Below, piece by piece: positions 23,701 to 34,640 of a DNA stretch of 35,572 nt. The stretch is from Reclinomonas americana ATCC 50394 (taxonomy: Eukaryota), in NCBI GenBank assembly GCA_048213135.1, contig PS015254.1, positions 22,087 through 57,658 on the forward strand, given 5' to 3'. The first letter of the stretch is position 1, and the number at the start of each line of letters is the position of its first letter. Made by a program: the position numbers and the translations under genes. The notes below the pieces were generated by a model, which was given only the letters and a program-made list of their open reading frames with translations, was not told where the DNA came from and searched no databases.

Positions 23701-26700
23701 GTTGCCGGAGGTGTTCCACGGGTCATGCTACGCACGCAGACAAAGGCGATCACTCAGAGACGAGGTGGCAAAAGGGAGGAGAAAACAACAGTGGCAAATC
23801 TCACGCAACTCGCAGCACATCCTCGATAAACTTGATGGTGTCAATGATGCCTGGATGCTGCTCCGGGAACATGCCTTGTGACACGGCGAATGCCAGCATG
23901 CTGCGCGAGCGATTCTGCGATCACAGCGCGTTGGAAGGGTGAGATGCAGAGCAGCGCGAAGCAAGGATGACAGTGCGTACACACCACACCCAGATCCTCT
24001 CGTCGCTGGATGCCGGCATTCATGCTCTCATGCAAACACGCCTCCTCCGGCGACATCATGCTGTCAATCGTACTCTGCCACAGACATGCGCGTATGCGTG
24101 AGGCTGGGTGGTGTGACAAAGGAAAGCATGGGTGGGGATATTGTGAACAAGACCTGCGACGGAAGCGGCGGCTTGCTGTACTTCCACCAACCGGTTTCAC
24201 CTTCGCGCTCGAAATGCGAGAATTCCTTTGGCATGACAACCAGTGAGTGCGATACGCCACATGCAGAGTCTAGCAGCAACAAGGGTGCGCAACATTCAGA
24301 GTCTTGCGGACTTGAATGTCGGTCTGCGCTTGGAATGCCTCCGAGATCTCACCCATTTGCACGCGCGCCTCACCCTACGAGCGCATCGGTCAGCATTCAC
24401 GTCGTGCTGACATCCTGCTTGCTACACACAACACGCAACATGCTCGGGATCATTGAGTCGCTGCACAAACAGATTGTGAATGTACGCTCGCAGTCGATTC
24501 TTCGTCAGATCCGTGTCCAGACGTGAACCGGGGGCCGGAACCTGCACGTATAGTGATTAGGAGACCGTCAACTGCTTCCCAATCACGGCTGGACGCACCG
24601 ACAAGCGCGGCTGGAGACGACCGACGGTGAACACTTCGGGCATGGGTCGAATGTAGAAATGCTCGTTGAGGGCGCCATCGGCACCGCGCTCTACTCGCCG
24701 AATGATCAAATAGTCGCCACCGACCTCGGACGAGTCGATCTGACTGGCCAGCTCCGACACGCGCTGGAGTGGTGCTCATCTCGTCAGTACAGACGATCGA
24801 CATGCAGCTTGTGAGAAATGCGCGCAACTGTCTCCTTGCCGCGAATCCTGTGCATGGCAGCAGCAGTGGCCGCCACAAACGAGGGCGGTGGCGACGGATA
24901 CACCTCGGCTCGGAACAGACCGCACTCGGCACTCGACACGATCTGACCGGGTGGCGTCGGAGCCAGCAGCGGCGATTCGTCTTGTGGACCGAGCACCGTG
25001 ACCTGTCGCACCGGATGGCCGCAGTGAGGAAACTGAGGCGAGGGAGCAGGGGAAGCGATGAATGCACCTTGCCGTGTGATACTGTGGGTACGTGCGAGTC
25101 GTCGGCGGAGCGCTTCTTGTAATAGTTGACCAGCAGCATGGCCATGCCGAGATTGTTGAGAACAACCGGATGCGCCTCCTGTGCATTGTTGGTGTGCATG
25201 GTCAGTTTCAAGCACACGAACTCCCCGAGCTGTGCCACGCAACAATGTATTCGAGACACACGAGTCGCTCTGTCATCGGCAACACGCTGACCAGGTGCTC
25301 CGTGTCCAACAGGCTGAGCTGCGGCCGATTGTGTGAGCCATTGGCCACTTGGAAACCGAGCTGTGTGCAACAAGACAATGATGAGGTTCTTGAGAAAGAG
25401 AGGCGATGCGTACGCCTGCAAACCTGCTTCGCCTCCTGATACTGTTTGATGACCGTGCGCAGCAGTGGGTGCAACTGCTGTGCTGCCGACGGGTGATGCA
25501 TCGGGAGATAGATGCCGCGCTTGACCATCTGCCCACGGCCATGAGACAGGTGACACTACGCCGAACATGCATTCTGACAACAGACCTCGGGGAAGCGGGG
25601 TCGGTGGAAATGTCGCAACTCGTCCTCCTCCATGAACGTGGGGTAGAAGCGTCGGTCGAGCTTGCGCGCCACCATGGCATGCAGTGAGGACACGATGGTA
25701 CCGGCCGAGCTCTGCTCGCATAGTGAGCATGGAGATGGTGCAAGCACGTGCTACGTCGTCACCACGCAACATCGACAACACCCGACGACACGGCCTCGTA
25801 CTCGACAATGCCGTCGCCCGACACACGCCCTTTCTCCGAGCTCAAATCCAGCGTGGCGATCCACCGATCCGGGTTGCCACGAATTGGTCTGAGGAGGCGC
25901 GGATCTGGGACCGACTCGCGCGCACCACAACGGAAGGGACCGAGGGGAAGTGGGCACCTCTGCGAGTCTGTGAGCACACAGTACCACCACCGCTCGCCCG
26001 CTGAACCTACCTTCCACACACTCAGTTGCGAGGAGCCCACAGAGACAGAGGTGGCTTGCGGATGACCATTCGCTGCTGCTGAGGAGGCAGTCGGTGGTGC
26101 CGGAGCGTACTCTTCCCACCACCGTGTGTCACCGTCCTCCACCGTGGCACCACCCTCGTCGGCTGCCATGGCCTCGGCCACAGCCGGATCGTGCATCACG
26201 GTGTCCATCCACAGCTGTAGCGACTGTTGTACACTGGAAGAAAGGGCAGTGACACCCTGCTTGCACAATCAATGAGTGGATCAGCATCACTGTGGGATAT
26301 CGACAACAGACATCTCTCCTTCAAACCTCTTCCTGCTGTCCATCTCCCTGTTGTCTTTGTTGTTGCTGCTGTTGCTGCTGTAGCAGTTCTTGTTGCTGCA
26401 ATTGCAGTCGATCAACCTCCATTTGCGCTGCGCCATCGGCATCCAACGGGACTTGATCAGCCGGCAGCGTGGCCATGTTGCCGTCGGTGAATGCCGAGAT
26501 GGCCGATGCGGGTGCCTGTTTCACCGATGGCGCGCTCACATATCTTGCTGCGGGGTCGTCGAGACTGCCGGAGAAGATGAGTTTTTCCTGCGTGGCATGG
26601 CGTGCAGAGGGTGAGGAGACCGCGGCACGACAACTCTCGAATATGCATCGAACATGACAGACCATGACGGCTTGTTCGCCGGCCGAGCGCATGAATCGAT

Positions 26701-27368
26701 GCAAGTCGTGTCGCTCCGTGTGCTTGCCGATTGACAGGCNNNNNNNNNNNNNNNNNNNNNNNNNNNNNNNNNNNNNNNNNNNNNNNNNNNNNNNNNNNNN
26801 NNNNNNNNNNNNNNNNNNNNNNNNNNNNNNNNNNNNNNNNNNNNNNNNNNNNNNNNNNNNNNNNNNNNNNNNNNNNNNNNNNNNNNNNNNNNNNNNNNNN
26901 NNNNNNNNNNNNNNNNNNNNNNNNNNNNNNNNNNNNNNNNNNNNNNNNNNNNNNNNNNNNNNNNNNNNNNNNNNNNNNNNNNNNNNNNNNNNNNNNNNNN
27001 NNNNNNNNNNNNNNNNNNNNNNNNNNNNNNNNNNNNNNNNNNNNNNNNNNNNNNNNNNNNNNNNNNNNNNNNNNNNNNNNNNNNNNNNNNNNNNNNNNNN
27101 NNNNNNNNNNNNNNNNNNNNNNNNNNNNNNNNNNGACCGCGCAGAGGTGGTCTTGCCGGCACTGAGAGAGAGAGAGAGAGAGAGTGAGAGTGAGTGGCAT
27201 GCACTTCATGCACAGACACACACACACAGTCAAACCTGTCGATCGAGGCGGCTCTGGCCCGGCCGCCAATTCCGACAGCTTGACACGATAGCCCAGGGTG
27301 GTGCCTGGCTGACCCGACGGCAACATGACGCTCTTGGGCACCACACGCGACACCAATCGTGCGGGGAT
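20779..27368 (-). CDS. TAF1: TFIID subunit TAF1, main body (central DUF3591-type region, zinc knuckle, one bromodomain, acidic tail)
   Basis: LRHFHRP, HPVVLNNLGMAMLLVNYYKK, FTVGRLQP, MMSPEEACLHESMNAG..R, PWNTSGNF, LGFFRGKAERRRLLDQFRR, KCSACGKIGHMSSNQLCPAY, and bromodomain PQYRQFVRQPMSL...FRADFDLMIDNAIRY. Stop at 20779-20781. The 27135-27368 exons are less certain. Confidence 0.92.
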
Positions 27369-28290
27369 CTGCCGACACAACTNNNNNNNNNNNNNNNNNN
27401 NNNNNNNNNNNNNNNNNNNNNNNNNNNNNNNNNNNNNNNNNNNNNNNNNNNNNNNNNNNNNNNNNNNNNNNNNNNNNNNNNNNNNNNNNNNNNNNNNNNN
27501 NNNNNNNNNNNNNNNNNNNNNNNNNNNNNNNNNNNNNNNNNNNNNNNNNNNNNNNNNNNNNNNNNNNNNNNNNNNNNNNNNNNNNNNNNNNNNNNNNNNN
27601 NNNNNNNNNNNNNNNNNNNNNNNNNNNNNNNNNNNNNNNNNNNNNNNNNNNNNNNNNNNNNNNNNNNNNNNNNNNNNNNNNNNNNNNNNNNNNNNNNNNN
27701 NNNNNNNNNNNNNNNNNNNNNNNNNNNNNNNNNNNNNNNNNNNNNNNNNNNNNNNNNNNNNNNNNNNNNNNNNNNNNNNNNNNNNNNNNNNNNNNNNNNN
27801 NNNNNNNNNNNNNNNNNNNNNNNNNNNNNNNNNNNNNNNNNNNNNNNNNNNNNNNNNNNNNNNNNNNNNNNNNNNNNNNNNNNNNNNNNNNNNNNNNNNN
27901 NNNNNNNNNNNNNNNNNNNNNNNNNNNNNNNNNNNNNNNNNNNNNNNNNNNNNNNNNNNNNNNNNNNNNNNNNNNNNNNNNNNNNNNNNNNNNNNNNNNN
28001 NNNNNNNNNNNNNNNNNNNNNNNNNNNNNNNNNNNNNNNNNNNNNNNNNNNNNNNNNNNNNNNNNNNNNNNNNNNNNNNNNNNNNNNNNNNNNNNNNNNN
28101 NNNNNNNNNNNNNNNNNNNNNNNNNNNNNNNNNNNNNNNNNNNNNNNNNNNNNNNNNNNNNNNNNNNNNNNNNNNNNNNNNNNNNNNNNNNNNNNNNNNN
28201 NNNNNNNNNNNNNNNNNNNNNNNNNNNNNNNNNNNNNNNNNNNNNNNNNNNNNNNNNNNNNNNNNNNNNNNNNNNNNNNNNNNNNNNNNN

Positions 28291-29940
28291 GCTGATGTTG
28301 CCCTGCGAGATGGCCTCCAGCTGCTGGCGGAAAGCGCTCAACACGGGGCCGGCCTCGGCGGCGTTCGACGCAAACGAGACGCCAATCAGACCGGCATCCG
28401 AGTACGCCGACAAAAAGGCGCTTGCCGTTGACACGGACGAGAATTTGGCCGCAATATCCTTGGCCGCACCGCTGAAGCCCAGGTAACCGCAGCGAGCGTC
28501 ACCGGCCTCTCCCAGCAGAGCCTTCAGCACGGCAAAGTCCGCAAAGTTCGCGGCCTTGGCAGACGGACCCTACGCAACCAAGAATGACGATGAATTTCTC
28601 TGTGTCTTCTTCGCTGTTGCACACCTGCCATGTGCTCCTTTTCCGTACCTCATAGGCGAGACCGACAAACGTCTGACCCTTCTGGCTGGCGTCGTGCAGG
28701 CGGAGCGCGCCACCAGTGTACGACGCGGCGTTGCGCGACGGGCCGTTTCCACTCTTGCTCACCTCACCAAAGCCCTCGGCGGCCATCGACAGCAAGTCCT
28801 TGTGGTCGACATTGACGCCGGCAATCACCACTGGACCGTCGCTCACGGCACCGCTCAGGAAGCCAGCCACGTCCTTGGCCGCAATGGCATTGATGGACGA
28901 CTCGCAGGCGACCAGCGACGCACCGAGACCCTGATCCTTGAACGCCTGCGCATGCAGCTTCTCCAGCACACGATCGGCGGGCGAGGCATTGAACTCGGCC
29001 AGATCCAACAGCGCCGCACTGCGCGCCATCTTCAACTCATGCGAGGCCAGCGTCGGCTGCGTCACCGCCTCCGCCACCAGCGCAAACGCCGCCGGCAGTT
29101 GCGAGCGCAACGCCTCAATCTGGTACGTGATCGACTCGCGACCCGCAGCCACCGTCACACGGCTGCCCGTGCGCTCCAGCATGCGAGTAAACATGAAGTG
29201 CGAGTTCTCCTCCGTGCTCTAATGCATGCAAGCATCGTTGTGCGTGTGTGTGAGAGAGAGAGATTGGTGAGAGATGAGCGGATGACTGACTGACTGACTG
29301 ACCAGGAATGCGGCCTTGGCCAGCAGATGCGGGGCACCTCCCGCCGTCAACCACTTGTCACGCGATCCGCTGCCCACCGTGATCACCACGCGCGCAATCG
29401 GTGACGAGTTGTCCTGCATATATGCACACACAAGGTGGAGACAGACACAGGATGCAGTGAGCAGCGCGGAGGGGAGACGAGAGGGGGGAAGAGAGAGGAG
29501 ATGACATGCCGCCATCGTGAGCAACCACGAAAACCACTTTGCTCTTCTCTCTCTCGCGTGCACACACATGCGTTGCGTATGTGCAAGTCGTTTGCATCTC
29601 GTGCTCGCTCACTCACCACAGAAGTCACGCGAATGCCGTTCTTGAGGGCACTGCTGCGCACCTCGCCCTGCACCAGCGGCAGCGGCGCATCCACTCCACG
29701 CAGCGGCTCCGCCAGGCTGCGCCCAGACGCAAACATGCGCACAGCGCCAGCCTGCACACACACACACACACAAGAAACGCACAAACACAACAACAAAAAG
29801 GAGTGTAAGTTTGCTGCATGGCCATGACACACACTGCACTCCCCGCCTCTCTCTTGCTCTCTCGCTCTTCTTGAATGCACACTCAACACGCCCCCTGCAC
29901 GCACCTGCGACACGAGCGCTCGTCGCACACTCAGCAACAT
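28291..29940 (-). CDS. Mitochondrial M16 family non-catalytic subunit (complex III core protein 2 / MPP-alpha-like), 5' part on an inverted segment
   Basis: Presequence-like MLLSVRRALVSQ; LKNGIRVTSV; VGSGSR...GAPHLLAKAAFL (no HxxEH); LEKLHAQAF...GLGASL; SAYSDAGLIGV. No Gly-rich loop, which favours core 2. Confidence 0.88.
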
Positions 29941-30157
29941 TGTAACAAAAAACAGTGGGTTACCGATGCAGAGAAATGGAATCGCGCGGCAACCCTGAGA
30001 GTGCGGTAACCCACATTTCACCAGCGTCTGGCGCGCGCGCGCACACATAATGGAGTTCTCACTAGGCGCCGATGTCTCGCGACAACTCGGGGTGTGTGTC
30101 TCCCCACAATGCAGACAGACAGAAAACATGCAAATGTGTGTTGTCTCACACACTTTC
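29941..30157. promoter_or_regulatory. Putative bidirectional promoter between the core-2 gene and TAF1
   Basis: 217 bp between divergent ATGs (29940 on -, 30158 on +). Contains an 11-bp inverted repeat (GTGGGTTACCG / CGGTAACCCAC). Confidence 0.55.
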
Positions 30158-30727
30158 ATGCAGCGTGACAGCAGTCGCGTTCTTGGGCACCTTCTCGGTG
30201 GCGACGATGGCATGGGCATGAGCGGGTTGCCGGAGCTGCGCAATGATGTGCCTGCCGACACTGTGCCGAAAGACAAGGACGCCGTCGACTTTGAGGACAT
30301 TGAGTTGACGGACGAGGACGATGACGAGGGAGGAGAGGAGGATGAGGAGGACGAGGAGGAGGGAGAAAGTGCGCCGAAGCGTCGTGTGCGGTGGCGCGAC
30401 GAGGATGAGGATGAGGAGGAGGACGAGGATGAGGACGAAGATGAGGAGGATGATGGTGCAATGCGCGTCGATTCTCAGCTTGCGTCCACCCCGGCGGCGG
30501 CCGCCGCTGCTGTGGCGCCTCCGCCTCCTGTCACGCTGTTGCCGCAAGCGGTGAAGAAGAAGGCGGGCAGAGGGGTGGGAGAGTCGATGGAGCGCGACGA
30601 GGTGGAGAGTGCGGCGTTGGTGGAGGAAGCCGAGGCCTCGTTGGATCCGATCAAGCGTGCACAGCGACGCAAGCTGCTGGCCACCATTCGTGCGCGCAAG
30701 GCGGCCGTCGCCCAGGCGTGTCCCAAT
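30158..30727 (+). CDS. TAF1: TAF1 first exon (TAND-like region plus acidic tract), on an inverted segment
   Basis: MQRDSSRVLGHLLG...KDAVDFEDIELTDED resembles the TAF1 N-terminal AVD(Y/F)xDI motif. Donor GTTGCG at 30728; the intron is completed by the acceptor at 27382-27369 when flipped. Confidence 0.8.
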
Positions 30728-31759
30728 GTTGCGTCGATGCGGGCGGGCAGGGGGACGGGTGCTTGTGCAGCGCTCTGATTGTGNNNNNNNNNNNNNNNNN
30801 NNNNNNNNNNNNNNNNNNNNNNNNNNNNNNNNNNNNNNNNNNNNNNNNNNNNNNNNNNNNNNNNNNNNNNNNNNNNNNNNNNNNNNNNNNNNNNNNNNNN
30901 NNNNNNNNNNNNNNNNNNNNNNNNNNNNNNNNNNNNNNNNNNNNNNNNNNNNNNNNNNNNNNNNNNNNNNNNNNNNNNNNNNNNNNNNNNNNNNNNNNNN
31001 NNNNNNNNNNNNNNNNNNNNNNNNNNNNNNNNNNNNNNNNNNNNNNNNNNNNNNNNNNNNNNNNNNNNNNNNNNNNNNNNNNNNNNNNNNNNNNNNNNNN
31101 NNNNNNNNNNNNNNNNNNNNNNNNNNNNNNNNNNNNNNNNNNNNNNNNNNNNNNNNNNNNNNNNNNNNNNNNNNNNNNNNNNNNNNNNNNNNNNNNNNNN
31201 NNNNNNNNNNNNNNNNNNNNNNNNNNNNNNNNNNNNNNNNNNNNNNNNNNNNNNNNNNNNNNNNNNNNNNNNNNNNNNNNNNNNNNNNNNNNNNNNNNNN
31301 NNNNNNNNNNNNNNNNNNNNNNNNNNNNNNNNNNNNNNNNNNNNNNNNNNNNNNNNNNNNNNNNNNNNNNNNNNNNNNNNNNNNNNNNNNNNNNNNNNNN
31401 NNNNNNNNNNNNNNNNNNNNNNNNNNNNNNNNNNNNNNNNNNNNNNNNNNNNNNNNNNNNNNNNNNNNNNNNNNNNNNNNNNNNNNNNNNNNNNNNNNNN
31501 NNNNNNNNNNNNNNNNNNNNNNNNNNNNNNNNNNNNNNNNNNNNNNNNNNNNNNNNNNNNNNNNNNNNNNNNNNNNNNNNNNNNNNNNNNNNNNNNNNNN
31601 NNNNNNNNNNNNNNNNNNNNNNNNNNNNNNNNNNNNNNNNNNNNNNNNNNNNNNNNNNNNNNNNNNNNNNNNNNNNNNNNNNNNNNNNNNNNNNNNNNNN
31701 NNNNNNNNNNNNNNNNNNNNNNNNNNNNNNNNNNNNNNNNNNNNNNNNNNNNNNNNNNN

Positions 31760-31999
31760 GCCGAGTCGCTGGCGCGCGCCAAGCGCACCGTGGCTCGTCA
31801 ACTCAACGAAAGTCTGCAGTCGGCAGCAGGTATCGCGGCTGAGCTCTCGGCCGCCGCCGACTTGAGTGGACTGAAGGACAAGATCGCCAAGGTCGACGCT
31901 GCGTCGGTCACCTCGGTGGCCAAGGCCGCGAAGCAGGCGCTGTCCAAGCCCGCAACCGTGGTGGCTCTGGGCGACACCAGCGCCATCCCGAAGCTTTAA
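31760..31999 (+). CDS. C-terminal end of the core-2/MPP-alpha family protein
   Basis: AESLARAK...IAKVDAASVTSVAK...KPATVVALGDTSAIPKL* is a typical M16 core-protein C-terminus and continues ...SQGNIS (28291). Confidence 0.88.
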   Translation, partial: AESLARAKRTVARQLNESLQSAAGIAAELSAAADLSGLKDKIAKVDAASVTSVAKAAKQALSKPATVVALGDTSAIPKL

Positions 32000-33377
32000 C
32001 GAGAGGGAGGTGAAATTGCTTGACGAAAAGAGAGGTTTGCTTCGAGTGGTGGTGACGGACGTGTGTGAATGGTAAAGGAGAATCGGAGGGCCTTCTTGTA
32101 AGAGGGGGGAGAGTGAGGGACGGTGAGGGAAANNNNNNNNNNNNNNNNNNNNNNNNNNNNNNNNNNNNNNNNNNNNNNNNNNNNNNNNNNNNNNNNNNNN
32201 NNNNNNNNNNNNNNNNNNNNNNNNNNNNNNNNNNNNNNNNNNNNNNNNNNNNNNNNNNNNNNNNNNNNNNNNNNNNNNNNNNNNNNNNNNNNNNNNNNNN
32301 NNNNNNNNNNNNNNNNNNNNNNNNNNNNNNNNNNNNNNNNNNNNNNNNNNNNNNNNNNNNNNNNNNNNNNNNNNNNNNNNNNNNNNNNNNNNNNNNNNNN
32401 NNNNNNNNNNNNNNNNNNNNNNNNNNNNNNNNNNNNNNNNNNNNNNNNNNNNNNNNNNNNNNNNNNNNNNNNNNNNNNNNNNNNNNNNNNNNNNNNNNNN
32501 NNNNNNNNNNNNNNNNNNNNNNNNNNNNNNNNNNNNNNNNNNNNNNNNNNNNNNNNNNNNNNNNNNNNNNNNNNNNNNNNNNNNNNGGGTGAGGGAAAGG
32601 GGGGGGGCAATGACGGGAGGGGTGGAGGGGGGAAATGGGTAAGAGGAGTTACGGAGGCATCAGACTTAGTTTGCAAGCAGCCGACGGTGATCCAGGAGTG
32701 ACAGCGATATCAGACTTCGATATCATCGAGTAACTGATGGGAGGGGTTTACTCAACATCCGATAGCAACAAGTCGATAGTCGTTTCGAACAGTGCACGCT
32801 GCCTGTCTCCAGTAGGCAGTCTGGCGCACGTCGCTGCGTTCTCTGAGTGACGAAGAAACGGCCTTGTGCCAAGTACGAGAAAAGGCAATGCGTGACGAAC
32901 TCTCTCCCCTTCTTCCTTGCGATGGCAAACACACAGCGCACATACACCACGTTGCGCAAGGAGCGAACTGGAGAACACGTTCTCGACCTGTTAACGTTCG
33001 AAGCTCCGGATCCGAGAGCGAACACACACACACAAGGAACCTGCTGCCTCAAGATTGGTGTTTGTGTTGATGTTTTGGATACGGTTGTTGAAGTTGGTCA
33101 TCAAGACAGCTGTTGCTTGTCTGTTGTTGTTAAAGTCATTCGTCGCTGAATCAGTGAGTAGTGGTTCGGTATTGGAAAACAGCGTTCGGTTTCGGGCGGG
33201 GTCGGAGTGGAGAAGCAGTACTCCGACTTGCTACGCTTCGCCTCCGCCCGGTCCGCACTCCGTCCGCTCCGCACGCCATAAATACCGAAGGAGCACGCAA
33301 TTCCATCTCAGCTTTTTTCGACCATCATCGCTGAGAGCGCACAACCACCGACCCACAACAAAATCGAATTCGAAATC

Positions 33378-34478
33378 ATGACCGCCTCCTCCTCTGACCT
33401 CTTCTTTGAATACTTTGACTTCCGCTTGTGCGTCACCCCTTCCGTGATATCTTCTTCCATGTCGCTGTGGTGAATCAATGTTGCTGATTGCATTCTGGCC
33501 TATACAGCCGCGGCGAAGCTCGTCTCGTGTTCGAGTACCTGCAGCAGAACGCCAGCGTTGCCACGCGACCACAGCAAGATCCGTCATTCGACGACAAGTG
33601 GCCCGGTATCCGACACAAGTACGGCGATCAGCAGACGCTACCATTCCTTGCGGACGGCGATGTCTTCTTGTCACAGACATTGGCGATCTTGCTCGTTGCG
33701 TGCTCCATGTGTGCGCCTCACACGCAGCTCGTGGCGGTAATCTGACCATGCATGCCTCTTGCCGACACAGTACTTGGGCAAGAAGTACGACCTCTTCGTC
33801 AAGTCTCCCGTCGACGAACTGCGCGCAATCGACATTCTCGCCTTGCATGAAGAGTTGCGCAGTTGTCGACATGCACTCTCCTCGCCGCACGCACCAAATA
33901 ACTTACTCTTTCCCCTCCATACAGCTTCCGCCACATTTACGGCAATGCCATTGGCACTCTGGCCACTGCCGACGCCGCCAAGCGCGTCGACGTGGAGACC
34001 ACCGTCAACCGCAAGGTCGGCCTCATTCTCAGTGCGCACGAGAAGGCACTTGAGCGTGCCGGTGACTGGTTCTTCGACAACCGTCTCACAGTGGTGGACT
34101 TGGCCGTGGCGTCTCTCACCGACTTGATCCAATCGTGAGTTCTCATGGTCATCTTGTAAACCCCTCCAATGACCTCGTCACTCACTCGACTCCCCTCGTG
34201 CACACAGCCTGCACCGCGAACAAAACTCACCCGACTGGACCGTGGGCTTCCAGCTGTTGCGCGAGCACCGCGACCGAGTGTTCGCGGTGCCACAGCTGGT
34301 CTCCTATTTCGAGGCGGGACATGGTGGCGCCTACGCTGTGATGCCGACGTGGGTGCCGCAGTGGGCACCAAAGGCGGACGATGCTGCGGCGAGCGCTCAG
34401 GCAACCGCTGCCGCTGCGCAGCAGCCAGTAGTGCTTGTCGGCGACCAGCGCGAAGCAGCGATCACAGTGGCGCATTGA
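33378..34478 (+). CDS. Glutathione S-transferase (Tyr-type, sigma/mu/pi-like), 5 exons
   Basis: Spliced EYFDFRFRGEARLVFEY...QTLPFLADGDVFLSQTLAILL/YLGKKYDL...WFFDNRLTVVDLAV...LREHRDRVFAVPQLVSYF. TGA at 34476-34478. Confidence 0.9.
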
Positions 34479-34640
34479 CTCAGGGTCATCAGTAAAAAAC
34501 GACCACTTATCTTGGCATCTTGCTCACTCGGGATGGCGGTGTGATGGCCAAGACAACTAACCTGTTGTACAAGTAATTCATGCACCTCTCACGCACAACA
34601 CACGCGACTCAAAAATAAACAACGGCACGCTGCGAAGGGC

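Noticed and set aside
7066..31999. Programmed gene scrambling or site-specific invertible DNA as the cause of the flipped segments
   Set aside because: Every breakpoint coincides with an assembly gap, and no pointer repeats, inverted repeats or recombinase gene are visible. Misoriented scaffolding is the simpler explanation.
26536..32701. Long ORFs spanning N-runs
   Set aside because: Artefacts of translating gaps as X.
32586..33160. Short ORFs on both strands between the core-2 end and the GST gene
   Set aside because: No motifs or coherent exon chain; left as intergenic.
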